From assembly GCA_036497405.1 (NCBI GenBank), contig DASXJM010000456.1, positions 1 through 40,620 of the forward strand: a DNA stretch of 40,620 nt, read 5' to 3'. Made by a program: the position numbers and the translations under genes. Shown piece after piece: positions 33,817-40,620 of the stretch (position 1 is its first letter; each line of letters begins with the position of its first letter). Under the pieces are notes generated by a model. That model had not been told where the DNA came from. It was given only the letters and a program-made list of their open reading frames with translations, and did not search any database. This DNA comes from Streptosporangiaceae bacterium (GTDB lineage Bacteria; Actinomycetota; Actinomycetes; Streptosporangiales; Streptosporangiaceae).

Positions 33817-34649
33817 TGCCGACGACGCCCTCGCGGCACGTCGACGCCCACCGGCACCTGGGGGTGCTGCCCGCCTTCCCGTTCTACGGCGGGCCGCCGG
33901 TCAACCCCGACACCAGGGCCCGGGCCACGGTCAAGGACCTGATCGCTGACCTCGACGCCGAGGGCACCGAGCGGGCCCTGGTCATCCCGAACTACGGGGT
34001 CCCGCAGCCGGAACACTCGTTCAAGCTCAACGAGCTGGTGCTGGAGGCGGCCGGTGACAACGACCGGCTCCGGGCCGCGATCTGGGCCTCGCCCCGCCCG
34101 CAGGACGCCGAGCTCACCGAAGCCGCGCTCAAGCTGGCCGGCGAGCCCGGGGTCAAGGCGCTGAAGATCAGCTTCCTGCTCGGCGGCTCGGTCGAGGACG
34201 AGGCGGTCCTGGGTCAGCTGGACCAGATCTTCGCCACCGCCCGCCAGCACGACCTGATGGTGCACATCCACACCTCGCCCGGCGGCAGCTCCGACATCAA
34301 CGAGATCGGCAAGCTGGTCGAGCGCTACGGCGACGACAACAAGATCCACCTCGTGCACTTCGGCGGGGGGATGAGCGGCCACATCAAGCTGATCGGCGGC
34401 CGCTTCTTCGACTGGATCACCGCCGGCAAGCAGGTCTACACCGACCTGACCTGGTCGATCGGGTTCGCTCCGTACTGGCTGGCGGCCGAGATCGACCGCC
34501 GCGGCATCGGCGGCGACCGGATCCTGTTCGCCACCGACCAGCCCTGGGGTGACTTCGCCGGCGAATACCACCGCATGATGGAAGCCCTCGGCGACAAGGA
34601 GCTCACCGAGCTGATCTTCCACGGCAATTTCGAGCGCCTCTACGGCTGA
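33816..34649 (+). CDS. Amidohydrolase_2-type metal-dependent hydrolase (TIM barrel)
   Basis: 277 aa. It has the N-terminal HxH motif (VDAHRHLG), then ...VHIHTS..., ...HLVHFGGG... and ...LFATDQPW.... A TGATG overlap joins it to the preceding gene. Confidence 0.7.
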   Translation: MPTTPSRHVDAHRHLGVLPAFPFYGGPPVNPDTRARATVKDLIADLDAEGTERALVIPNYGVPQPEHSFKLNELVLEAAGDNDRLRAAIWASPRPQDAELTEAALKLAGEPGVKALKISFLLGGSVEDEAVLGQLDQIFATARQHDLMVHIHTSPGGSSDINEIGKLVERYGDDNKIHLVHFGGGMSGHIKLIGGRFFDWITAGKQVYTDLTWSIGFAPYWLAAEIDRRGIGGDRILFATDQPWGDFAGEYHRMMEALGDKELTELIFHGNFERLYG

Positions 34650-34657
34650 GCGCCCGC

Positions 34658-34675
34658 AAACACGCCGGAAACACG
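34658..34675. promoter_or_regulatory. Direct repeat AAACACG-n4-AAACACG, containing cggaaacac, upstream of the distal OsmC gene
   Basis: aaacacg lies at 34658-34664 and 34669-34675. The 9-mer cggaaacac (34666-34674) also occurs at 27019-27027. Confidence 0.25.
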
Positions 34676-34691
34676 AAGGCAGGAGGTAGGG

Positions 34692-35099
34692 GTGGGCCGC
34701 GAGCGAACCGCTGACGTCGTCTCGGTGTCGACGGCCGGCTACCAGGCGCGGGTCACCGTCCGCGGCCACGAGCTGACCGTCGACGAGCCCGCCGAAGACG
34801 GCGGCAAGGACACCGGGCCCACCCCCACCGAACTGCTGCTGGCCAGCCTGGCCTCCTGTTACACCCTGGCCCTGCGCTGGGCGGCCAAGCACCGCAACGT
34901 CCCCCTGGGCGACATCAAGGTCGTCGCCCACGGCGCCTACGACGGCCTCAAGTTCGGCCGCATCCATCTGGAAGTCCACGGTGACCTGCCCCCCGGCGAG
35001 GAAGACGCCCTCCTCCGCGACGCCTCCCGCGTCTGCTACGTCTCCAGCACCCTCGCCGCCGGCGTCCCCGTCGACGTCACCCAGGGCCCCTCGGCCTGA
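34692..35099 (+). CDS. OsmC family protein
   Basis: 135 aa. It has ...DTGPTPTELLLASLASCYTLALRW... and ...ASRVCYVSSTL.... The GTG is preceded by aggagg. Confidence 0.8.
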   Translation: MGRERTADVVSVSTAGYQARVTVRGHELTVDEPAEDGGKDTGPTPTELLLASLASCYTLALRWAAKHRNVPLGDIKVVAHGAYDGLKFGRIHLEVHGDLPPGEEDALLRDASRVCYVSSTLAAGVPVDVTQGPSA

Positions 35100-35185
35100 C
35101 CTTTCTTCCCCTATGGCTTGAGACCACGGCCTGAGTCCCACCCAGCTCCAGTCCGGCGGCGTCCTCTCGCTACCGCCCACCCCCC

Positions 35186-35213
35186 GAGTCCCATCACCCG
35201 AAGTGTGGGACTC
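35186..35213. terminator. Stem-loop gagtccca-n12-tgggactc downstream of the island's last operon
   Basis: An 8-bp stem. A third copy of gagtccca lies at 35133-35140. There is no U tract. Confidence 0.3.
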
Positions 35214-35285
35214 CCACGCCCCCGGCCCCGAAGCCCCTCCCCATGCGTCCCTTGCGCTCCCGTCATCCCTCACGACTATGCTTGG

Positions 35286-35308
35286 TGCACTAATAGTTAT
35301 TGCACTAA
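35286..35308. repeat. Direct repeat TGCACTAA (15-bp period) in an AT-rich patch
   Basis: tgcactaatagttattgcactaa is the lowest-GC stretch in this neighbourhood. It lies immediately 5' of the truncated NirA-like ORF. Confidence 0.6.
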
Positions 35309-35344
35309 CAGATCCTCGCTGGTCTGAGCCGGGAGCGTGGTCAC

Positions 35345-36160
35345 GTGTGCTTGCCCGAAGACTCCGGGGCCGCGCCGCCGGTGCTGGTGGGCAGCCCGGT
35401 GGCCGGGATCGCCCGGGACGAGATCGTGGACGGCACCCCGGCCCTGCGCGAGCTCCACGACCAGCGCGCCCTGCTGACCGGCCTGCCCCCGGCCTTCACC
35501 ACCACGGTCAGCGGGTCACCCCGGCAGGACGTCCTGCACGAGGCCAGCGACGTGTCGTTCAGCGGCGTCCGCCATCCCGAGCGCGGGCCCGGCTTCGACG
35601 TGCGGGTCGGGGCCGGCCTGGTGACCCACCCGGCCCGGGCCGGCCGGCTGGGCGCCTTCGTGACCCTGGCCGAGGTGCCCGCGGTGTGGGCCGCGATCGT
35701 GCGCGCGTTCGGCGACTTCGGCTACCGGCGGCTGGACCCTCGCCAGCGCCTGGCCCTCCTGCTCGAGGACGCCGGTCCCGCCGCGGGCCACCCGCCCGGG
35801 GCCACCAGCTTCCGGCGGCTGATCGAGCGCGAGTACCTGCACTACGGCCTGGCCGACGGCCCGGCGCCGCCGCCGTCCGGACCGCGGGACCACACCGGCG
35901 TGCACCCCCAGCGCGACGGCCGCTACTACATCGGGGTCAGCCCGGCCGCCGAGGGCGAAGCGCCCCCGCACGACCGGGCCCGCCTGACCGCCCTGGCTGA
36001 CCTGGCCGGGGCGCACGGCAGCACCCGGGTCCGCCTCACCCCCTACCGGAAACCGATCGTCCTCGACATCTCACCCGGCCAGGTCGAGTCGTTCTGCGCC
36101 GGGCTGGGCCGGATCGGGCTCACCGCCCGGCCCGGCCTGTCCCGTCACCGCGGCCGGTGA
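35345..36160 (+). pseudogene. Nitrite/sulfite reductase (NirA/SirA)-like remnant lacking both ends
   Basis: It aligns by eye to the middle of SirA-type enzymes: VGSPVAGI..DE..D, LPPAFTTTVSGSP, FDVRVGAGL, FGDFGYRRL..RQRL, RDHTGVHPQRDGRYYIGV and GSTRVRLTPYRK. There is no room for the ~150-aa N-terminus. The ORF stops just where the Cys-rich Fe-S/siroheme segment should begin, 16 nt inside the convergent S8 gene. Confidence 0.5.
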
Positions 36161-37518
36161 TGATGGTGATGGTGCCCCGGGGCTCCGTCGCTGTGACCGG
36201 ACCCGTACTGCCCGGACCCGTCACCGCAGCACGCCCCGGATCCGTCGTCGCACGCCTGCCCGGGCCGGAGCACGGGTCCCACCCCCCGAATGGCCTGGCT
36301 CTGAGCCCGGGCCAGCAGGGACTGGGCCGCCTGCGGGGCGCTCTCGCCGGTCCCCGACATCCGGGCCGCGATCAGGCCGGCCACCATCGGCGTCGAGAAC
36401 GACGTCCCGCTCCACCGGCACATGCCGTCGAATTGCTCGTGCCGGCCGACGTTGGGCGGTTCGGTGTACCAGTACTCCCCGTTGGCGTAGGCGTTGACCA
36501 GTCCCTCGCCCGGCGCGTAAACGTCCACCCACGGGCCGTAATTGCTGAAATTGGCCCGGTGGCGCCAGTTCGCGCTGAGCGCACCCACTCCCACCGCCCA
36601 GCAGAATGCGGCCGGCCAGAACGGGCGTCGCGAATGGTCATTGCCCGCCGCCGCCACCAGCACGACGCCCGGATAATTTTTCAGCTGCTCACCCACCACG
36701 TCGAAACCCAGCGCGGCAATGTTCCGCCGGGTGTTGGTCCCGAAGTCGAGCGAGATGATGTTGGCGCCTTTTCTGAGTTCCTGGGAAAACTGACTGACCA
36801 GGTCGGACTCATAATTCGCCCCGGCCACCCGGAACGTCCGGCGGACCTCGACCTCGGCCCGGGGGGCCATGGTCCGGACCACGCCGGCCACGAAGGTGCC
36901 GTGACCCGCGTAGGGCGCGATCCGGGCCGGGTTGATCGGCTCCGAATCTCCGGTCACGCCCGCCAGCCAGGAGTGCTGGGTGCCGGCGTCGTCGACCAGG
37001 CCGCTGTCCAGGACGGCCACGAACACGCCGTGGCCGTCGCAGGGCCCGGTTTCCACGTCCGGGTCAGGCGCGGTGGCCCCCGGGACCGGCTCCGGTTCGG
37101 TCGCGGGGCAGGTGGCGGTGGTGCAGACGTAGAAGATGTGATCGGGGGTGGCGATTCCCTCGCCGAGATCCCGGTCCAGCCGGGCGCAGACCTCGTCGAC
37201 GGACCGTTCCTGGTCGGTCAGCTGGAGCAGGGTCAGGCCGCGCAGGTTACTTTCCCGGTCCCGCACCGGCTCGCTGGGCTCGATTTCCCGGACCCGGGCC
37301 ACGTCTTCGTCACGAACGAGAATGTGGTGGTTCCGGTACAGATAATCCACGTCGCCAACGTTGTCTTTACCGTGGGTGTTCCAATCGGGTGGCCAGACCG
37401 CCGCATCGGGTAGCCCTCCCTCGCCGTGGAAGCCATTCAGGATCAAATCAATCTGGGCTTCAAGAACGCTTCCCGGCTCGAAACGAGCCTCATCGCCATT
37501 GGTCACGACGTCCCCCAT
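36145..37518 (-). CDS. S8 (subtilisin-like) serine peptidase, apparently cytoplasmic, with His6 C-terminal tail
   Basis: Catalytic triad motifs are VAVLDSG (Asp), HGTFVAG (His) and GTSFSTPMVAG (Ser). There is no hydrophobic signal-peptide-like N-terminus. It has an N-terminal region of about 190 aa. The tail is ...CDDGSGACCGDGSGQYGSGHSDGAPGHHHHHHRPR. Local GC is visibly lower than in the neighbouring genes. Confidence 0.85.
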   Translation of the reverse strand: MGDVVTNGDEARFEPGSVLEAQIDLILNGFHGEGGLPDAAVWPPDWNTHGKDNVGDVDYLYRNHHILVRDEDVARVREIEPSEPVRDRESNLRGLTLLQLTDQERSVDEVCARLDRDLGEGIATPDHIFYVCTTATCPATEPEPVPGATAPDPDVETGPCDGHGVFVAVLDSGLVDDAGTQHSWLAGVTGDSEPINPARIAPYAGHGTFVAGVVRTMAPRAEVEVRRTFRVAGANYESDLVSQFSQELRKGANIISLDFGTNTRRNIAALGFDVVGEQLKNYPGVVLVAAAGNDHSRRPFWPAAFCWAVGVGALSANWRHRANFSNYGPWVDVYAPGEGLVNAYANGEYWYTEPPNVGRHEQFDGMCRWSGTSFSTPMVAGLIAARMSGTGESAPQAAQSLLARAQSQAIRGVGPVLRPGQACDDGSGACCGDGSGQYGSGHSDGAPGHHHHHHRPR

Positions 37519-37560
37519 CCCGCATTCGGTTGACCTTGATCACTGTTTAACATCATTTAT

Positions 37561-40179
37561 GTGGAGGGCGGAGATGATGGCGGGATAAATTTGCCCGCCG
37601 ACCCAGGCCGGCTGCTGCCGCTGGCGTTGTCGCGGCCGCAGGACGCCCTGCTGGCCGCGCGGGCCGTGCTGGCGACCCGGCCCGGTCCCTTTGAGGCCTC
37701 GTTCGCGCACCAGGCGATCGGGATCGTCCTGCGTGATCGCGGTGACCTGTCCGCCGCCCTTACTGAGCTGCGGAAGGGTCTGCGCCGGGCCCACGAGTCC
37801 GGTCGGCCCGAGCGCGAAGTCGACGTCCAGGCCACCCTGGCCACCGCCCTGGCCTGGTCGGGCCGCAGCCGGGAGGGCCTGGCCCTGCTGGACCAGGCGG
37901 TGGTGGCCGCCCAGGGCGCCACCGCCGGGCGGGTGCTGATGCGGCGGGCCAGCACCCTGCAGCACCTGGGCCGCTTCCGCGACGCCCACGAGGACCTCAG
38001 CCGGGCCCTGCCCTACCTGCGCCGGGCCGGCGACACGGTCTGGGAAGCGCGGTCGGTGAGCTGGCGGGCCGAGGTCTTCCTGGCCCTTGGCCTCCCCGAG
38101 CGTGCGGCGGCCGACTACGCCCGCTCCGAAGAGCTGTTCCGCGCCAGCGGGCAGGATCTTGAGTACGCCCGGGCCCGGCACAACCGCGCGCTGGTCGCCC
38201 TCAGCCGGGGTGACCTGCCGCAGGCGCTGACCTACTTCGACGAGGCCGAGAAACGCTACGACGAGCTGGGCGAGACCAATCCCGACCTGGCCATCGACCG
38301 CGGCCGGGCCCTGCTGGCGGCCGGCCTCGCCGCCGAGGCGGTCCGGGAGGCCGACACCGCGCTGGGCCGGACGCCGCCCGGCGGCGGGATCCCCTACAAG
38401 ACGGCCGAGCTCGTGTTCGTGGCCGCCACCGCCGCCCTGGCCGCGGGGGACCCGGCCGCCGCCCGGCAACGGGCGCGCCGGGCCGGCCAGCTGTTCCGGG
38501 CTCAGGGCCGCGACGTCTGGGCGGCCCGGGCCGGCCTGGTCCTGGCCCAGGCCCGGTACGCGGCCGGTGAGCGTTCGGCACGGCTGTTCCGGTCGGCCGA
38601 GCAGGTCGCCGCCCGGCTCGATGCGGCCCGGGCCAGCGAGGGGCTGCCGGCCCACCTGCTGGCCGGGCAGGTCGCGCTGGCCCGGGGCCGGGCCGTGGAC
38701 GCCGACCGGCACCTGGAGCACGCGGCCCGGGCCCGTCGCCGCCGTCCGCCGCTGACCCGGAGCGTGGCCTGGCTGGCCCAGGCCCTGCAGGCCGACGCGC
38801 ACGGCCACGCCCGCGGCACCGTGGCCGCCTGCGCCCGGGGGTTCGACGCCCTCGATGAGCATCAGACCACGCTGGGCGCGACCGAACTGCGCGCCTACGG
38901 CACCGCGCACGGCGCCGAGCTGGCCCGGCTGGCGCAGCGCGAGGCGGTCCGCCGCGGGGACGTGCGCCGGCTGCTGTTCTGGAGCGAACGGTGGCGGGCG
39001 ACCATGCTGGCGCCCCGGGCGACGCCGCCCCGGCACGACCGCGAGCTGACCGCCGAGCTGGAATCGCTGCGCACCGTGACCCGCCTGCTCGGCGAGAGCG
39101 ACGAGCCCGGAGTTCGCCGGAACGCCCTCGAGCACGAGCGGCGGCGCCTCGAGGCCGCGGTGCAGGCCCGGATCCGGCGGTCGCCCGGCGGCAACACCGG
39201 GCCGCCGGGTCGGTTCGAGCTGGGTGACCTGTTCGACGAGCTGGGCCAGACCAGCCTGGTCGAGCTGGTGGAGCTGGACGGCGTCCTGCACGCGATCGTG
39301 GTCGCGGGCCGCCGGGTCCGGCTGCACACGGTCGGGGCCGTGGCCGAGCGCGAGGTCCAGCTGAGCCGCTTCGTGCTGCGCCGGCTCGCGCACCGTCCGG
39401 CCGGGCCGGACGACGGGCCGGTGCTGGCCTACCGGGGGGCCATGCTGGAGGCCGCCCTGCTCGGCCCGGCCGCGGCCGCCCTGGGCTCCGGGCCGGTCGT
39501 GATCGTGCCGCCCGGCCGGCTGGGGGCCGTGCCGTGGATGCTCATGCCCGCGCTGCGGGACCGCCCGGTGACGCTGGCGCCGTCGGCGGCGGCCTGGATC
39601 CGCGCCCGCCGGGCCAAGCCGCCGCCCCAGCGGCGGGTCGCCCTGGTCGTGGGCCCGCAGCTGGCCACCGGGGGAGCGGAGGTGACCCAGCTCCGGTCCC
39701 GGTACCCCGAGTCGGTGCTGCTCGGCCAGGGCAGCGCCACCGCTGAGCGCGTGCTCCAGGCCCTGGACGGCGCCTGGCTGGCCCACATCGCGGCCCACGG
39801 CACGTTCCGGGCCGACAACCCGCTGTTCTCATCGGTGCGGCTGGACGACGGACCGCTCATCGTGCACGATTTCGAGCGCCTGGGCCGGGCGCCGTATCAG
39901 CTGGTCCTGTCCAGCTGCGACTCCGGGATGGCGGCCGCGGTGGGCGCCGGCGAGCTGCTGGGCCTGGTCAGCAGCCTGATCCCGCTCGGTGCGGCCGGCA
40001 TCATCGCCAGCGTCGTGCCCGTCAACGACCCGGCCTCGGTGCCGCTGATGCTGGCCTTGCACGCCGCCCTGCAGACCGGGGCCACCTTGCCCGAGGCGCT
40101 GCTGGCCGCGCGGCAGACCGCCCCCGGCGACCCGCTGGCGGTGGCGACCGCGCTTTCGTTCGTGGCCTTCGGCTGCTGA
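37561..40179 (+). CDS. TPR-repeat / CHAT-domain (caspase-like) protein
   Basis: 872 aa. The N-terminal ~550 aa are Ala/Leu/Arg-rich TPR-like helical repeats. The C-terminal CHAT domain has His (WLAHIAAHG) and Cys (QLVLSSCDSG). The start is GTG 37561, possibly leaderless (TAACAT 7 nt upstream), or TTG 37591. Confidence 0.85.
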   Translation: MEGGDDGGINLPADPGRLLPLALSRPQDALLAARAVLATRPGPFEASFAHQAIGIVLRDRGDLSAALTELRKGLRRAHESGRPEREVDVQATLATALAWSGRSREGLALLDQAVVAAQGATAGRVLMRRASTLQHLGRFRDAHEDLSRALPYLRRAGDTVWEARSVSWRAEVFLALGLPERAAADYARSEELFRASGQDLEYARARHNRALVALSRGDLPQALTYFDEAEKRYDELGETNPDLAIDRGRALLAAGLAAEAVREADTALGRTPPGGGIPYKTAELVFVAATAALAAGDPAAARQRARRAGQLFRAQGRDVWAARAGLVLAQARYAAGERSARLFRSAEQVAARLDAARASEGLPAHLLAGQVALARGRAVDADRHLEHAARARRRRPPLTRSVAWLAQALQADAHGHARGTVAACARGFDALDEHQTTLGATELRAYGTAHGAELARLAQREAVRRGDVRRLLFWSERWRATMLAPRATPPRHDRELTAELESLRTVTRLLGESDEPGVRRNALEHERRRLEAAVQARIRRSPGGNTGPPGRFELGDLFDELGQTSLVELVELDGVLHAIVVAGRRVRLHTVGAVAEREVQLSRFVLRRLAHRPAGPDDGPVLAYRGAMLEAALLGPAAAALGSGPVVIVPPGRLGAVPWMLMPALRDRPVTLAPSAAAWIRARRAKPPPQRRVALVVGPQLATGGAEVTQLRSRYPESVLLGQGSATAERVLQALDGAWLAHIAAHGTFRADNPLFSSVRLDDGPLIVHDFERLGRAPYQLVLSSCDSGMAAAVGAGELLGLVSSLIPLGAAGIIASVVPVNDPASVPLMLALHAALQTGATLPEALLAARQTAPGDPLAVATALSFVAFGC

Positions 40180-40190
40180 CGCCGAACCGG

Positions 40191-40620
40191 TCAGAGCGTG
40201 ACCCACACGGTGGCGGCGTCGATGCTGTCCGCGGTCCGGCAGCGCAGCCGGAACCGGCCGGCCGGGACCGGCTCGACACAGAAACAGCCGGTCACGTCCA
40301 CCCGGGCCGTGCCCGCCGGGCCGGCCTGGGTCTGCACGTTGATCGTCCCCTCCCGGGGCGGCAGGATCTGCCCGAACAGGCCCTCGTCGGTGACTTCCAG
40401 TTCGATGGTCAGGTGGGCCGAGCTGAACGTGAGCGAGCGGATGCCGGCCGCTTCGGACCGTACCGGCGCGCTGGCCTCCAGGCCGGCCGCGGAGTCCCGG
40501 GTCAGCTCGGCGAGCTCGGCGTCGATGGTGCGCCAGGCGTAGGCGGCCCGGGCCATCTCGATCCAGTCGGCCGGGACGGCTTCCCGCTCCTGCACGGCGG
40601 TACGCAGGGCCGCCAGCAGC
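40191..40620 (-). CDS. Hypothetical protein, N-terminus beyond the window
   Basis: GC3-rich frame that stays open to the window edge (...LLAALRTAVQEREAVPADW...). The C-terminal ~90 aa are beta-rich. I recognise no family. Confidence 0.5.
   Translation of the reverse strand, partial: LLAALRTAVQEREAVPADWIEMARAAYAWRTIDAELAELTRDSAAGLEASAPVRSEAAGIRSLTFSSAHLTIELEVTDEGLFGQILPPREGTINVQTQAGPAGTARVDVTGCFCVEPVPAGRFRLRCRTADSIDAATVWVTL

Noticed and set aside
35203-36000. 265-aa alternative-frame ORF overlapping the NirA-like remnant
   Set aside because: Its translation is Arg/Pro/Gly-rich without motifs. The other frame carries the sulfite/nitrite reductase similarity.
36157-36174. His6 run (cac cat cac cat cat cac) as an engineered affinity tag
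   Set aside because: It is followed by Arg-Pro-Arg before the stop and preceded by a native-looking Gly/Ser/Cys/His-rich tail. There is no vector, linker or protease-site sequence, and the genomic context is ordinary. It is more likely a natural metal-binding tail.
37540-39798. 752-aa minus-strand ORF
   Set aside because: It lies antisense to the TPR-CHAT gene. It has a low-complexity Gly/Arg/Pro-rich translation, whereas the plus-strand frame carries clear TPR and CHAT motifs.
16362-40190. Mobile element or integrase-bounded genomic island
   Set aside because: There is no transposase, integrase or recombinase ORF, no tRNA attachment site and no long terminal inverted or direct repeats. Only the S8 gene shows a compositional shift.

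Overview
Very GC-rich, GC3-skewed actinobacterial chromosomal DNA with about 40 protein genes. I saw no rRNA, tRNA, CRISPR array, transposase or integrase.

**1-16.3 kb: ordinary housekeeping and accessory genes.**
- Methionine biosynthesis: metX, metY and a CoA-binding protein gene.
- Regulator and partner pairs: TetR with an aldo/keto reductase, and MarR with YceI.
- A stand-alone ammonium transporter preceded by GAAAC-type repeats.
- A cyclase, thiamine-diphosphate enzyme and YchJ operon, plus an MFS transporter.
- A decayed FMO-like gene next to an OsmC gene.

**16.36-35.10 kb: the most interesting part of the window.** This is a contiguous island of about 18.7 kb and 19 genes. It is built around the families of the conserved nitrogen-starvation (Nit1C-type) cluster, known as MSMEG_0565-0572 in M. 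smegmatis and sll0783-0787 in Synechocystis.
- Core families present: radical SAM, GNAT, AIR-synthase-related protein, glycosyltransferase, a Sll0783-like protein and a small partner protein.
- No nitrilase is visible anywhere in the window. An Amidohydrolase_2-type gene sits in the position the nitrilase normally occupies.
- The core is split over five transcription units on both strands.
- It is interleaved with carbamate kinase, FdrA and DUF1116, which are components of the oxamate carbamoyltransferase system.
- It also contains a six-gene translationally coupled operon: a phosphosulfolactate-synthase-like gene, an orphan, two fumarate-lyase-superfamily enzymes, an ACC-deaminase/cysteate-sulfo-lyase-family PLP enzyme, and DUF1116.
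- Also inside the island are an XRE-cupin regulator, a CoA-disulfide-reductase-like flavoprotein and an OsmC protein.
- Three promoter regions of the island carry a 16-nt site ending in GGAAAC with GlnR-box-like 5-6-5 geometry.

**35.1-40.2 kb: a possible insertion.** A doubly truncated NirA/SirA-like remnant abuts a lower-GC cytoplasmic S8 subtilase. That gene is divergently paired, 42 bp apart, with an 872-aa TPR-CHAT (caspase-like) protein.

**Caveats.** All family assignments are from reading motifs by eye and need HMM confirmation. Several genes show possible indels (the AKR fragment at the window start and the FMO-like gene), so assembly errors cannot be excluded.
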